From a virus (lineage: Duplodnaviria; Caudoviricetes), in IMG/VR virus record IMGVR_UViG_3300013132_000064, positions 1-53,707 of that record: a stretch of DNA of 53,707 nt. One strand, written 5' to 3'. Below the pieces are notes generated by a model. That model saw nothing but the letters and a program-made list of their open reading frames with translations. It did not search any database and was not told the origin of the DNA. Position numbers and translations under genes: made by a program. Positions 1-8,699 of this stretch are shown here, one piece after another. Position 1 is the first letter of the stretch. The number at the start of each line of letters is the position of its first letter.

Positions 1-970
1 CATATACTGTAGTTCCACTATTAAAATTACTTGGAAGCGTAATTCTTCTTTGATTTCCAGTAGCTTGATAATTTACATCTGCTACTGTTGAACTGGATAT
101 AACACTAGCAGAAACTCCAACCGTTGAACCGAGATCGTAATCTGTTCCAGAATTAAACCTTGTTTCTATTACATATAAATAATTTCCTATATCTGTAGAG
201 GTTGGGGTATATGTTGTGCCTGTTCCAATCTGTGTTCCGCCAGATGTGCTATTTGTAGAATTTCTATACCAAACGACGGTGGTTCTAAAAGATTCTGCTT
301 TTCTAGCCTCAGATGTATCCCATGTTGATGAATATGTTAATTGAGTTCCAACAGATGGATTATAAGAACTTAAAGATGTTGTTAGGTTTATTGGTATTCT
401 TCTAATTATTTGTATATATGGAGATGTAGACGATCCAGAATATGTTGAGTTAGTAGCATTTGCTGTTACTTCAAATCTAATATATTTACGATCATATGTT
501 TCATTATTTGTTGAATTATCCCATGTAGATAGTGGCAGAACATCCTGTCCTGTTCCGCCAGATGTCCATCCAGATCCAGTACCGCTTTCTCCAGAAAAAG
601 TTACACCTGAAGATAATCCATCATTAGTAGAATAATATCTCCAAGCATAACTATAGCTAGCAATAGTCCAGCCATTAGGATCCCATTGAGCATTGTTTCC
701 ATAATAATTAGAACCTATTCTAATTCTGCTACTTGATGTTAATCTATCTGCATATGTAGTAGTAGAATCAGGTCCTATCCAAGCTGGTCTTGTAGCAAAT
801 ACTCCAGAAAGAGGCCATACCTTCAACCAGTTTGCTGCTTGCCTAATCCAAATTCCTACTGCAGATCTCCATCCAGTAGATCCCAAAGCTGCAGTCTTAA
901 TAAAAAGATTAGACATCTTTCGCCATCCAGTATTGCCAGCGCCTGCTGTTTTAATAAAAAAATCAGACAT
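1..970 (-). CDS. Tail tip/fibre protein with Ig-like repeats (partial, runs off the window start)
   Basis: Absent from the ORF track because it has no stop in the window. ATG at 970 reads MSDFFIKTAGAGNTGWRKMSNLFIKTAALGSTGWRSAVGIWIRQAANWLKVWPLSG..., followed by Ser/Thr/Trp-rich beta segments (VGTQLT..W, YTPTSTDIG). It lies directly after the 755-aa tail protein. Confidence 0.75.
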   Translation of the reverse strand, partial: MSDFFIKTAGAGNTGWRKMSNLFIKTAALGSTGWRSAVGIWIRQAANWLKVWPLSGVFATRPAWIGPDSTTTYADRLTSSSRIRIGSNYYGNNAQWDPNGWTIASYSYAWRYYSTNDGLSSGVTFSGESGTGSGWTSGGTGQDVLPLSTWDNSTNNETYDRKYIRFEVTANATNSTYSGSSTSPYIQIIRRIPINLTTSLSSYNPSVGTQLTYSSTWDTSEARKAESFRTTVVWYRNSTNSTSGGTQIGTGTTYTPTSTDIGNYLYVIETRFNSGTDYDLGSTVGVSASVISSSTVADVNYQATGNQRRITLPSNFNSGTTVY

Positions 971-978
971 TTTTTATC

Positions 979-3246
979 CTAACTATACTGAATGAATATG
1001 TCACCGAGAAGACCGTCTGTATCGGATGAAGTTTTTGCACCTGTTCCAGCGCTTATATTTCTAATAGTAGCATTTGTTAGAGTTGTTCCCGTTGCAATTG
1101 AAGTTCCTCCAGACAGTCCTCCTTGAGTACTAATTCTTCCACTTACATTTAAATTTGTAAAATTGGTTCCGAAACCTATGTCTACCCATCCACTCGCAGC
1201 GCCAGTATATATTGTAAGCCTTCCTGTACCATTCATCGTCATTATAGCATCACCAGATGGATCAGTAAACGATAATGTACTTGAACTTAATGCAGATGAA
1301 GTTGGTTGATTTCCGAAATTTCTTCCAGAAATAAATATTGCTCCATTGCTAAATATTGATTCTCCAGTTGCCGAAATATTTATATTTCCATTTTGTATAG
1401 CAACTGTTTGGACTACTGAGGGGAAGAAAGAATCTGCTCCTGATATCGACAAGCTACCTCCACTTATTTCTGCTCCATTAATACTAGATCCCGAAGTTAA
1501 GCTTCCCTTCATAAAAATATCTCCAGCACCATTTATTCTAAAGTTTTTTGTAGATATGGTTCCGTTATCTAAGTCGTAAATAGATCCATTACCTGTAAAT
1601 GTTTCTCCACGAATACCTCTTTCTCCTGCCGCCACGTTATTAGATATAATTGCACCAGTAGAAATAACGCTTCCAGTTACAGTGGTTCCCCCATTCCCAT
1701 CGTTTAGCTTATCAATAATTTGTGATTTTGAAAATAAAACAGTATCTAATTTTCCAGCAACTGCGGCTGCGGCTTCGGCGGCTGCTTCAGCAGCGTCTGC
1801 AGCGTCTTCTTGTGCTGCTGCGGCAGCGTCGGCTGCTGCGTCTGCGTCTGCTTGTGCACCATCAATTGCATCTTTTGTTGCTCCTGAAGTGATTATTAGT
1901 GCTCCTTCAATTTGAGCATTATTTGCAAATATTGTTCCTGTCGTTGGGTCTAGTCTTACGTATTTTCTATTAGCCCCAATTCCATTATCTTGTACTAGAA
2001 GTCCATTATTATTTAAAACAAATCCTCTGGTTCCTTCTGGGAGTGTGTCGTTTACTATTTGTCCAGAATATATTGATGCGCCAGATGTTTTCATAAACAA
2101 ATGCCCTGCAACAGTTGCGCTTCCCCCTACACCCAGATCTCCAGTTATAGAAAGATTAGTCCCATCCCAATACATAAACTGAGTATTACCGCCAACCCTA
2201 AACTGTCCCGTTGTTAGCCAATAGTTATTATTGTTTCCAGTCTTATTTAAAATAATTCCATTATATGTATTAGAAGACAAAGATGGAGTTGTGGTTAAGC
2301 TAGTGTTAATACTTGTTGCTATTCCAGTTCCAAATTTAAATAAATCGCCAGTTGCTCCGCCTATTGATATATAACTTTTAAGTCTTGCCCAACCATCTGG
2401 GTTTGTAGGATCTACAGCCGTAAATGTGCCGCCAGGCAAATATGACTGAGTGTTATTAAATTGATCTACTGACGCTACTTGAAATGAGTATTGCACATTT
2501 GGGATTAACCCTGTAGCTGTATAGGAGTTGTTTGGATAGTCTACAAATCCATATTCGTAAATAGGGTTTTCTGTATCGTATGTCCATCTTATTCTATATC
2601 CACGAGTTCCATTTGTATCTGCATTTGGATGATGTGTCCAAGAGAATGTAGCATATGCACTAAAACCTGTTTGATCATTCGGGTCTACCCCTGATGTTAC
2701 ACCTGGATTTGTAGGATTGTCTGGGGGTGTTAGATCTACTATTAGAGGGCTTTCTGTTAGTATTGTTTGCTCATCACTAAACAATGAAACTCCGCCTGAG
2801 TTAGAAACGGCCTGAAGCTTTACATAGTATTGTCCAGCCGCTGCTGTAATAGTTTGAGAGCCAGCTTTTTGAAAACTACCAACGACTTTATATTCAGAAC
2901 CAAAGCTGCTGCCTTTTGCCCAAATATCTATTCTCTGCAAGTTGTCTTTATAATTTGCCCCAAGATAATCTTTGCCAGTCCAAGAAACAATAATTGTGTT
3001 TCCAGTATAATCAAGATCAATTGCCCTAAACTGCGGTTTATTTATTGTGTCAGCTATAGTAGTTAATTTAAAAATATTAGACCATGTGTCTTTTATTTCT
3101 TCGTTTAATTTTTTATCTTCAAATATCCATTGAAACTGAAAAGCATAGGTGGTGACTAGGTTAAGCGGATTAATAGTAATTTCATAATAGTCCTTATTTG
3201 ATGGATCTGGTTTACCATTTATATTAAGGTCTGCTGGCAAAGTCAT
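979..3246 (-). CDS. Minor tail protein/central fibre with fibronectin type III domains
   Basis: FN3 signatures (YYVKLQAVS, GLIPNVQYSFQVASVD), an Ala/Asp-rich coil and a Gly/Ser/Thr beta-rich C-terminus; located in the tail tip cluster. Confidence 0.75.
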   Translation of the reverse strand: MTLPADLNINGKPDPSNKDYYEITINPLNLVTTYAFQFQWIFEDKKLNEEIKDTWSNIFKLTTIADTINKPQFRAIDLDYTGNTIIVSWTGKDYLGANYKDNLQRIDIWAKGSSFGSEYKVVGSFQKAGSQTITAAAGQYYVKLQAVSNSGGVSLFSDEQTILTESPLIVDLTPPDNPTNPGVTSGVDPNDQTGFSAYATFSWTHHPNADTNGTRGYRIRWTYDTENPIYEYGFVDYPNNSYTATGLIPNVQYSFQVASVDQFNNTQSYLPGGTFTAVDPTNPDGWARLKSYISIGGATGDLFKFGTGIATSINTSLTTTPSLSSNTYNGIILNKTGNNNNYWLTTGQFRVGGNTQFMYWDGTNLSITGDLGVGGSATVAGHLFMKTSGASIYSGQIVNDTLPEGTRGFVLNNNGLLVQDNGIGANRKYVRLDPTTGTIFANNAQIEGALIITSGATKDAIDGAQADADAAADAAAAAQEDAADAAEAAAEAAAAVAGKLDTVLFSKSQIIDKLNDGNGGTTVTGSVISTGAIISNNVAAGERGIRGETFTGNGSIYDLDNGTISTKNFRINGAGDIFMKGSLTSGSSINGAEISGGSLSISGADSFFPSVVQTVAIQNGNINISATGESIFSNGAIFISGRNFGNQPTSSALSSSTLSFTDPSGDAIMTMNGTGRLTIYTGAASGWVDIGFGTNFTNLNVSGRISTQGGLSGGTSIATGTTLTNATIRNISAGTGAKTSSDTDGLLGDIFIQYS

Positions 3247-4142
3247 TAGAAGGTTAGCCCTATCTTATACTCTATATCTATTGGCTTTCCTGCATTTTTT
3301 TGCAGCGGTGTAGGTAGCACATCTCTAGCAATCATTCCGAATGTTGGATCAAAAGTATCTTCATCATTTATTCTGACTCCTTCTAGATAGGCCACTGTGT
3401 CTCCTCCTGATCCCGCCGTTACTTGAATTCCTATTTTATTTATGCTATTTGATGGATTGTTATTTGATGTTAGAGACGAAAAGTTTATTGAAGACATCTT
3501 GTGACCTGTGGCGCCAGAAACATTGAATGTTGCTTCATAATAAGCAGTCGCAGAACTATATAGTTTTAATTTTATTGAACTAAGATTTGAATCTTCTTTG
3601 TGATAAGCAAGTACAATTGAGTCATTGGACCCGTAGCCAGATATATCAAAAGGAAGAATTGATGAAGTGTATTCTTCAGAAGAAGATGCGCTAACATCTA
3701 TCATCATTAAAGATGATCCCATTCTTGGCACAGGAAATGTTGGCTCAGCTTCGCTATATGCCACAAGTTCTGGATTCTGATTAGAGCTGTTAAACCAAAC
3801 TAAATTGTTTTCAAAATCTGATAATATCTTGCTGTCAAATGAATTAGTAGATGTTCTACTTCCTGGATACAAAGCAATCTCTTTTATTGTGCCTGCAATA
3901 TCTTGAGGGACTGTGGTCTTGTATACAACAGCATAGGTGCTATTTCCTTGTTCATCAGTTTGTATATCAATGCTTCCAAAAGAAGCAGGCAGTCTATAAA
4001 ACTCAAACCCTAATCTAGTATTTGTATCCGCCGAAGCATAGTCTGACGCTCCTGATATTCCTATTGCAATATCTTGCTTAGGAAAAGAAACCATCCCAGC
4101 TAAATAAGAAGCAATAAACCTCTTTCCAAATTTAGTTATCAT
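3246..4142 (-). CDS. Minor tail/baseplate protein
   Basis: N-terminal MITKFGKR...IAIG...T-RL-FE-YR motif typical of fibre-anchoring baseplate proteins; overlaps both neighbours. Confidence 0.6.
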   Translation of the reverse strand: MITKFGKRFIASYLAGMVSFPKQDIAIGISGASDYASADTNTRLGFEFYRLPASFGSIDIQTDEQGNSTYAVVYKTTVPQDIAGTIKEIALYPGSRTSTNSFDSKILSDFENNLVWFNSSNQNPELVAYSEAEPTFPVPRMGSSLMMIDVSASSSEEYTSSILPFDISGYGSNDSIVLAYHKEDSNLSSIKLKLYSSATAYYEATFNVSGATGHKMSSINFSSLTSNNNPSNSINKIGIQVTAGSGGDTVAYLEGVRINDEDTFDPTFGMIARDVLPTPLQKNAGKPIDIEYKIGLTF

Positions 4143-4513
4143 TTCTTTGGTACCCTTCCAGATATTCCTACAACAGGATATCCTGTAGAATTTTTTATTC
4201 TTAATATTAGTTTAACAGAGACTGGTTTAGTTGTATAGTCTAGGACCATGGACTTGATGCTGATATCTTCTAGCTTTGGGATTAAGCTAGATATTGAGCC
4301 CTCTTGATACTCTTCTGCTAATGACTGAAATTGAGTAGAAAAATATTTATCAGTACCGCTTCCTATGGAGGTTGTTGTTCCCTTTATAGTTCCGCTTACT
4401 AACCTAATGGCTGAAGGGTCTATGGCAAGAGCCTTGGGATCAGTATCTACTCCAAATAGAGGTGCTACTTGATCTATTTGATTGCTAGACTTTTTAGAAT
4501 TTACTGCTGACAT
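4139..4513 (-). CDS. Hypothetical tail-cluster protein (124 aa)
   Basis: ORF packed between tail genes, with an ATGA overlap with the next gene and a promoter-like motif upstream. Confidence 0.6.
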   Translation of the reverse strand: MSAVNSKKSSNQIDQVAPLFGVDTDPKALAIDPSAIRLVSGTIKGTTTSIGSGTDKYFSTQFQSLAEEYQEGSISSLIPKLEDISIKSMVLDYTTKPVSVKLILRIKNSTGYPVVGISGRVPKK

Positions 4514-4519
4514 TTTTTA

Positions 4520-4528
4520 ATTATACCA
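4520..4528 (-). promoter_or_regulatory. Extended -10 promoter (TGGTATAAT), probably leaderless
   Basis: TGGTATAAT followed by 6 nt then the ATG at 4513; no Shine-Dalgarno (SD) sequence. Confidence 0.6.
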
Positions 4529-4529
4529 T

Positions 4530-6200
4530 TTATTGACTATATATAGATCTGGCCGTAATGGTAGTTTCTAATCCCTCCCCCCATGCTTGCTCTACATCTG
4601 TTACTATAAATTTCTCGGTTCCTTGTAGCCCGTGATAAGGATAGTTAATTGCAATAATATCAGCAACAGAAATCAAGGGGTTGCCAAAGGTTTTTATAGA
4701 AATGGTTCTTTGACTCTTGCTCCATTGAAACTTTATAAAATCAGAAAGATTTTTTGCATCTGATATTTTCTGTACCCAATACGATTCAAATGTTATTGGC
4801 TCTTGTATTCCAAACTTGTCTGAGTCTTCATCTGAATAAACTATTTGATCGCTTTTTACTAAGTTATTGCCTACTACGCTTATCTGAGTTCCTGAAGCTG
4901 ACGACACCGAAGAAGAAACTCCAGAAGAATTTATAAGATAAAGTTCTGCATCAAAAGAAGAAAGCTTAGAGGCTAATACGTCTACCCCCTTATTTAAATT
5001 TTGAAATGTAAATTTTGGATAAGACGGAGACCTTTCATATCTTTTTTTAATATATCTTATTTCTCTTGCTATTGGACCAAACTCCTCTATAAATCTCTGT
5101 GAAGAATTTGAATCCTCTGCGGTTAGTCCAGAAACAAACAGATCTCCATATGCTAATTTTGCTAAACCAGTAAACTGTTGATTGTATAGGTCTTCAGATA
5201 AATTATTATATTCTTGTTCTGATATAGCCATAGCATAGGCATAGTCAAAATAAATAGTACCTAAATTTGCAAACAATGATATATAATCAGATCTTGAAAG
5301 GGTTGGATTTGCAGTTGAGCCTGTGTCTTCTGCTATAACCCTAAATCCATTTATATATGCAATTATAATAGTCTTATTACTAAATACTTTAACCTTGACA
5401 TCTATCTTGTAGCTTGTTCCAGGAATAATTCCCACCTGGTATCCCACACTTTGTGTTGTTTTTAAAACCTGATTGTCTGGCAGTGGTTGTACGACTCCGC
5501 CTTTTACTTTTAATATCTTAAACTCATCTCCCAAAGTAGCTGCTGCCTCTGAGGTCTTTACAGAAATAAAGTATCCTGTAGTTGAACTGTTGTTTGCAAA
5601 AAAACCTAAGCCTCCAGACTGATTTGATGTAGATGCTTTTGGAGCAAAGAATAGGGTGGTTCCAAATGCATAGTACGCTGGAGCGGTGTTAGATACTGGT
5701 GCTGCAACATCAATACCTGTTTTCCTAATTGCACAAGACAAGGTATCCTTAGATCTTGTGTCTGTGCTTATGGCTAACAATGATTTAGCAATTTTAATTT
5801 CATCGTTTAGAGCAACAGAGGTCTGCTCTGAAGGTTCTCCGTTTTCTTCAGAACTATTCTTTTGAGCAATCATTTCCTTTGTAATCTTTGGAACTTTAAA
5901 GCTAAAATATTTATATACAGACGCTTGGCCATCTCCATCTGGCAAAGGGTATGTTCTTAATCTTAAGTAATATGTTTTGTCTGTTTGCAAGGACTTTGTT
6001 ATTTCTGATTTTCCGTTTGTAAAATTGCCGATTATGTCATCTGCTGGTGGGCTATTGTAGTTTCTTGAAGGTGATATTTTGCCAACAAATGATTGTTTTG
6101 TAATATCTGCAGACTCTATAGTAAGTGTTCCTTCTAGGGTGGAGGCTCCTTCTGCTAGTCCATCGGAGTCAAAAGTAAATTCTACTTGTTTTACTGTCAT
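4530..6200 (-). CDS. Baseplate hub/Tal-like protein, C-terminal part, with inserted beta-sandwich domains
   Basis: C-terminus ISIKTFGNPLISVADIIAINY...FIVTDVEQ is typical of hub C-termini; located after the Dit-like and 671-aa genes. Confidence 0.6.
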   Translation of the reverse strand: MTVKQVEFTFDSDGLAEGASTLEGTLTIESADITKQSFVGKISPSRNYNSPPADDIIGNFTNGKSEITKSLQTDKTYYLRLRTYPLPDGDGQASVYKYFSFKVPKITKEMIAQKNSSEENGEPSEQTSVALNDEIKIAKSLLAISTDTRSKDTLSCAIRKTGIDVAAPVSNTAPAYYAFGTTLFFAPKASTSNQSGGLGFFANNSSTTGYFISVKTSEAAATLGDEFKILKVKGGVVQPLPDNQVLKTTQSVGYQVGIIPGTSYKIDVKVKVFSNKTIIIAYINGFRVIAEDTGSTANPTLSRSDYISLFANLGTIYFDYAYAMAISEQEYNNLSEDLYNQQFTGLAKLAYGDLFVSGLTAEDSNSSQRFIEEFGPIAREIRYIKKRYERSPSYPKFTFQNLNKGVDVLASKLSSFDAELYLINSSGVSSSVSSASGTQISVVGNNLVKSDQIVYSDEDSDKFGIQEPITFESYWVQKISDAKNLSDFIKFQWSKSQRTISIKTFGNPLISVADIIAINYPYHGLQGTEKFIVTDVEQAWGEGLETTITARSIYSQ

Positions 6201-8212
6201 TTAGTTTTCCACCCCACATTTTTTAAACCCTTCCATTGGCTAACTACGTTTGCAGGATTTGGTGAATGAGAAGAAATTTTTGTGCCTAAAGCACCTCTTG
6301 TTTTAATTCTATATTGATTTGTTGTAATAAAGTCTAGGCCAAAAGAACTACTTGTTGTATCTGAAACTGTCCTAGCTTTGCCCTTGTACTTGGCAAGATC
6401 TGCAGGACCTGTAATATCAATATATACTGTTTGTCCTACGGTATAAGATACTCCATTTATAGTATCGTTTACTGCTGTTGTATATTTATATCGTATTGCA
6501 TCGTACTCAATAATTTCTTGATTTAATAAAAGATAGCCTGAAAATTCTGGAAGAACTGTGCTTAGCTTTGATATTTGATCATCAATAATAAATATTGGTT
6601 TAAGCGTGATATATTTATTAGCTTCGCTCCATGTAGACTTAGTTTCGTTTGTCACATTACCAAGAGAAGATTCAAGAGATGCAGATATTAAAGAAGTATT
6701 GTCAACCGACACCAGTTCTTTAGCGCTTTGCTCATACGTTGTAAGATAGGCTGTGCTATATAAAACTCTGATTTGATTTACTGATGGGAGGTCTCTTAAA
6801 TTCATTGAAACAATATTAGGAAGCTCTCCGCTAGCGCCTGCCGCATATCTAAATGTCCAGTTAATATTTCTAGAGGCACTAAACATATAGTCTCTTGAGT
6901 AAAATTGTAATACATTGTTTTCGTCTACCGAAGCCGACATCTGTATATCTTTACATAGTTCTTGAAGCATTACCCATACCGTTTTTGTACTATCACTCCA
7001 CCAGTAATCTGGGGTTATTATAGACTTGTCGTCTGAAGTTAAGTTAAAATTATAATTGGTAAAACCAACTGAGTCGAGCATTCTTCTTATAATAGCAACA
7101 GCAGAATATCCATCACAAACCATGTCTGGGCAGATTGTTTCTTGCAGTACCTTAGCGTAATCTAAAGCGAACAAAGCTGCCTCTCCATATTCGCCAATAG
7201 ACCAGCTATCTAAAATAAATACACCTTGTGGTATTTTAAAATAAGCTCCATTTAAATCGGTTAATGTTCCGTCTGGGTGGTACAGCTTTGCATATGACTT
7301 AATCTCTGCGTGCTTAGACAAGTATATGTAATCAGTATCTATTTCTTCTACTGCTATCTTGGAGTATGATTTAAACAGTATGTCAGTATCATTAAATCCA
7401 TTTAGCCCTACCTCTAAAGAATTAGCAGTCAAGTTTCCAACTGGCAGGATTCCCTCGCTGCTAGATGAGGAGTCTTTTGTAATACTTAAAGACAATATAT
7501 TGTTGGTTATATCTTTTACCCAATGTGGAGATAGTTCTATTACACCTATGTACCCGCCAGGGTTTACCGCAGTTAGTGCTAATGTGCTAACCATTACGTG
7601 TGCATCTGGATTTAAAGAATTTTCTGATCTTGTCCATCCTGTACCTGTGTAATAAATCTCAACCACACCATTTGCGGGAACAGTCTTAGATAAAGATGAA
7701 GACACATCTGTTCCATCTATTAATACAGACCAAGATGTAGGGATGCGGTGACCTATTTCAAACTTAAAAACTATTTTATTGCATGGGACCTTTTTATTTT
7801 TTTCGCTTACGGCAACTCCTGATTGGAAATACCTGATACCTATTGAAGCATTTTCATTTAAGGGCGTAACAAAATATTTATAATATACGTCTTTGGATGG
7901 ATAATATGTTCTATACGGATGTAGATAGTTATTGTTTCTTGGATCAGCCCAGCTCTTTTCAGTTATATCTCCAGAGATAGCATATTTTACTCCACCAGCA
8001 ACTGGCCTAAAAGTTTTAACAATTGTATCTAGTGGGAATAATTTTTTAAATGGGGACTTTCCCTGTATTACAGCGTATGGGTTTCCAGTCAAATCATCAT
8101 CAGAAAGAGTGACAAGTGTATTGCAATTAATATCAATTAATGCGCCTGCCGTAGACTGTACGGTTTGGCTTTTGTTAAAGGTATCAGTAACTTTTGAATC
8201 TACCGATATCAT
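6197..8212 (-). CDS. Baseplate hub/Tal-like minor tail protein, N-terminal part
   Basis: Second gene after the TMP; hub-like motifs (VGNLTANSL, PQGVF, TVW-MLQELC...VDENNVLQF). Confidence 0.65.
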   Translation of the reverse strand: MISVDSKVTDTFNKSQTVQSTAGALIDINCNTLVTLSDDDLTGNPYAVIQGKSPFKKLFPLDTIVKTFRPVAGGVKYAISGDITEKSWADPRNNNYLHPYRTYYPSKDVYYKYFVTPLNENASIGIRYFQSGVAVSEKNKKVPCNKIVFKFEIGHRIPTSWSVLIDGTDVSSSLSKTVPANGVVEIYYTGTGWTRSENSLNPDAHVMVSTLALTAVNPGGYIGVIELSPHWVKDITNNILSLSITKDSSSSSEGILPVGNLTANSLEVGLNGFNDTDILFKSYSKIAVEEIDTDYIYLSKHAEIKSYAKLYHPDGTLTDLNGAYFKIPQGVFILDSWSIGEYGEAALFALDYAKVLQETICPDMVCDGYSAVAIIRRMLDSVGFTNYNFNLTSDDKSIITPDYWWSDSTKTVWVMLQELCKDIQMSASVDENNVLQFYSRDYMFSASRNINWTFRYAAGASGELPNIVSMNLRDLPSVNQIRVLYSTAYLTTYEQSAKELVSVDNTSLISASLESSLGNVTNETKSTWSEANKYITLKPIFIIDDQISKLSTVLPEFSGYLLLNQEIIEYDAIRYKYTTAVNDTINGVSYTVGQTVYIDITGPADLAKYKGKARTVSDTTSSSFGLDFITTNQYRIKTRGALGTKISSHSPNPANVVSQWKGLKNVGWKTK

Positions 8213-8213
8213 T

Positions 8214-8699
8214 TTATACCTCTTCCAGAGTTAGCGATACATCCCAAAATTCTTGAGCAGGGTCTGCGGTTTTACCCTTAACATTTCTTTTTACTACTGT
8301 AAAATTACAAGAAGTAAATACAGCCAAAATCTCATCGTCTCTGTCTACCGTATTGCTCCCTACAACTTCTTTACCATAAACAATTTTTACTTTAAATGAA
8401 GATCTCCCTTTTGACGCAAGGGCATAATACTCTTGTATATCTACTGCTCCCCATCCTCCGTCTACTGTAAGACTTGATCTTGACGGAAGCATTCTCCAAG
8501 AAACACTAACAGACTTTTTATCAGCCACCCAATATTTTCTTAAGAATCCATTTGCCATTCTTTGAGATTTTTCAATTCTATTTATGTTTACGGAAGATGG
8601 CTCTCTGTTATGCTCTGAGATTTTTTGCCACGTTGGAGTAGAGGTTGAAGATGTATCAAAATATATAAGGGAGCCTACTGGCAAGAATACTGTTGACAT
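8214..8699 (-). CDS. Distal tail (Dit-like) protein
   Basis: 161 aa immediately after the TMP; RMANG-LR...K-S-SW and a terminal WDVSLTLEEV strand. Confidence 0.7.
   Translation of the reverse strand: MSTVFLPVGSLIYFDTSSTSTPTWQKISEHNREPSSVNINRIEKSQRMANGFLRKYWVADKKSVSVSWRMLPSRSSLTVDGGWGAVDIQEYYALASKGRSSFKVKIVYGKEVVGSNTVDRDDEILAVFTSCNFTVVKRNVKGKTADPAQEFWDVSLTLEEV

Noticed and set aside
1755-1860. GC-rich island in the 755-aa gene suggesting a foreign insertion
   Set aside because: It encodes an in-frame Ala/Asp/Glu coiled-coil linker; its composition is explained by GCN codons.
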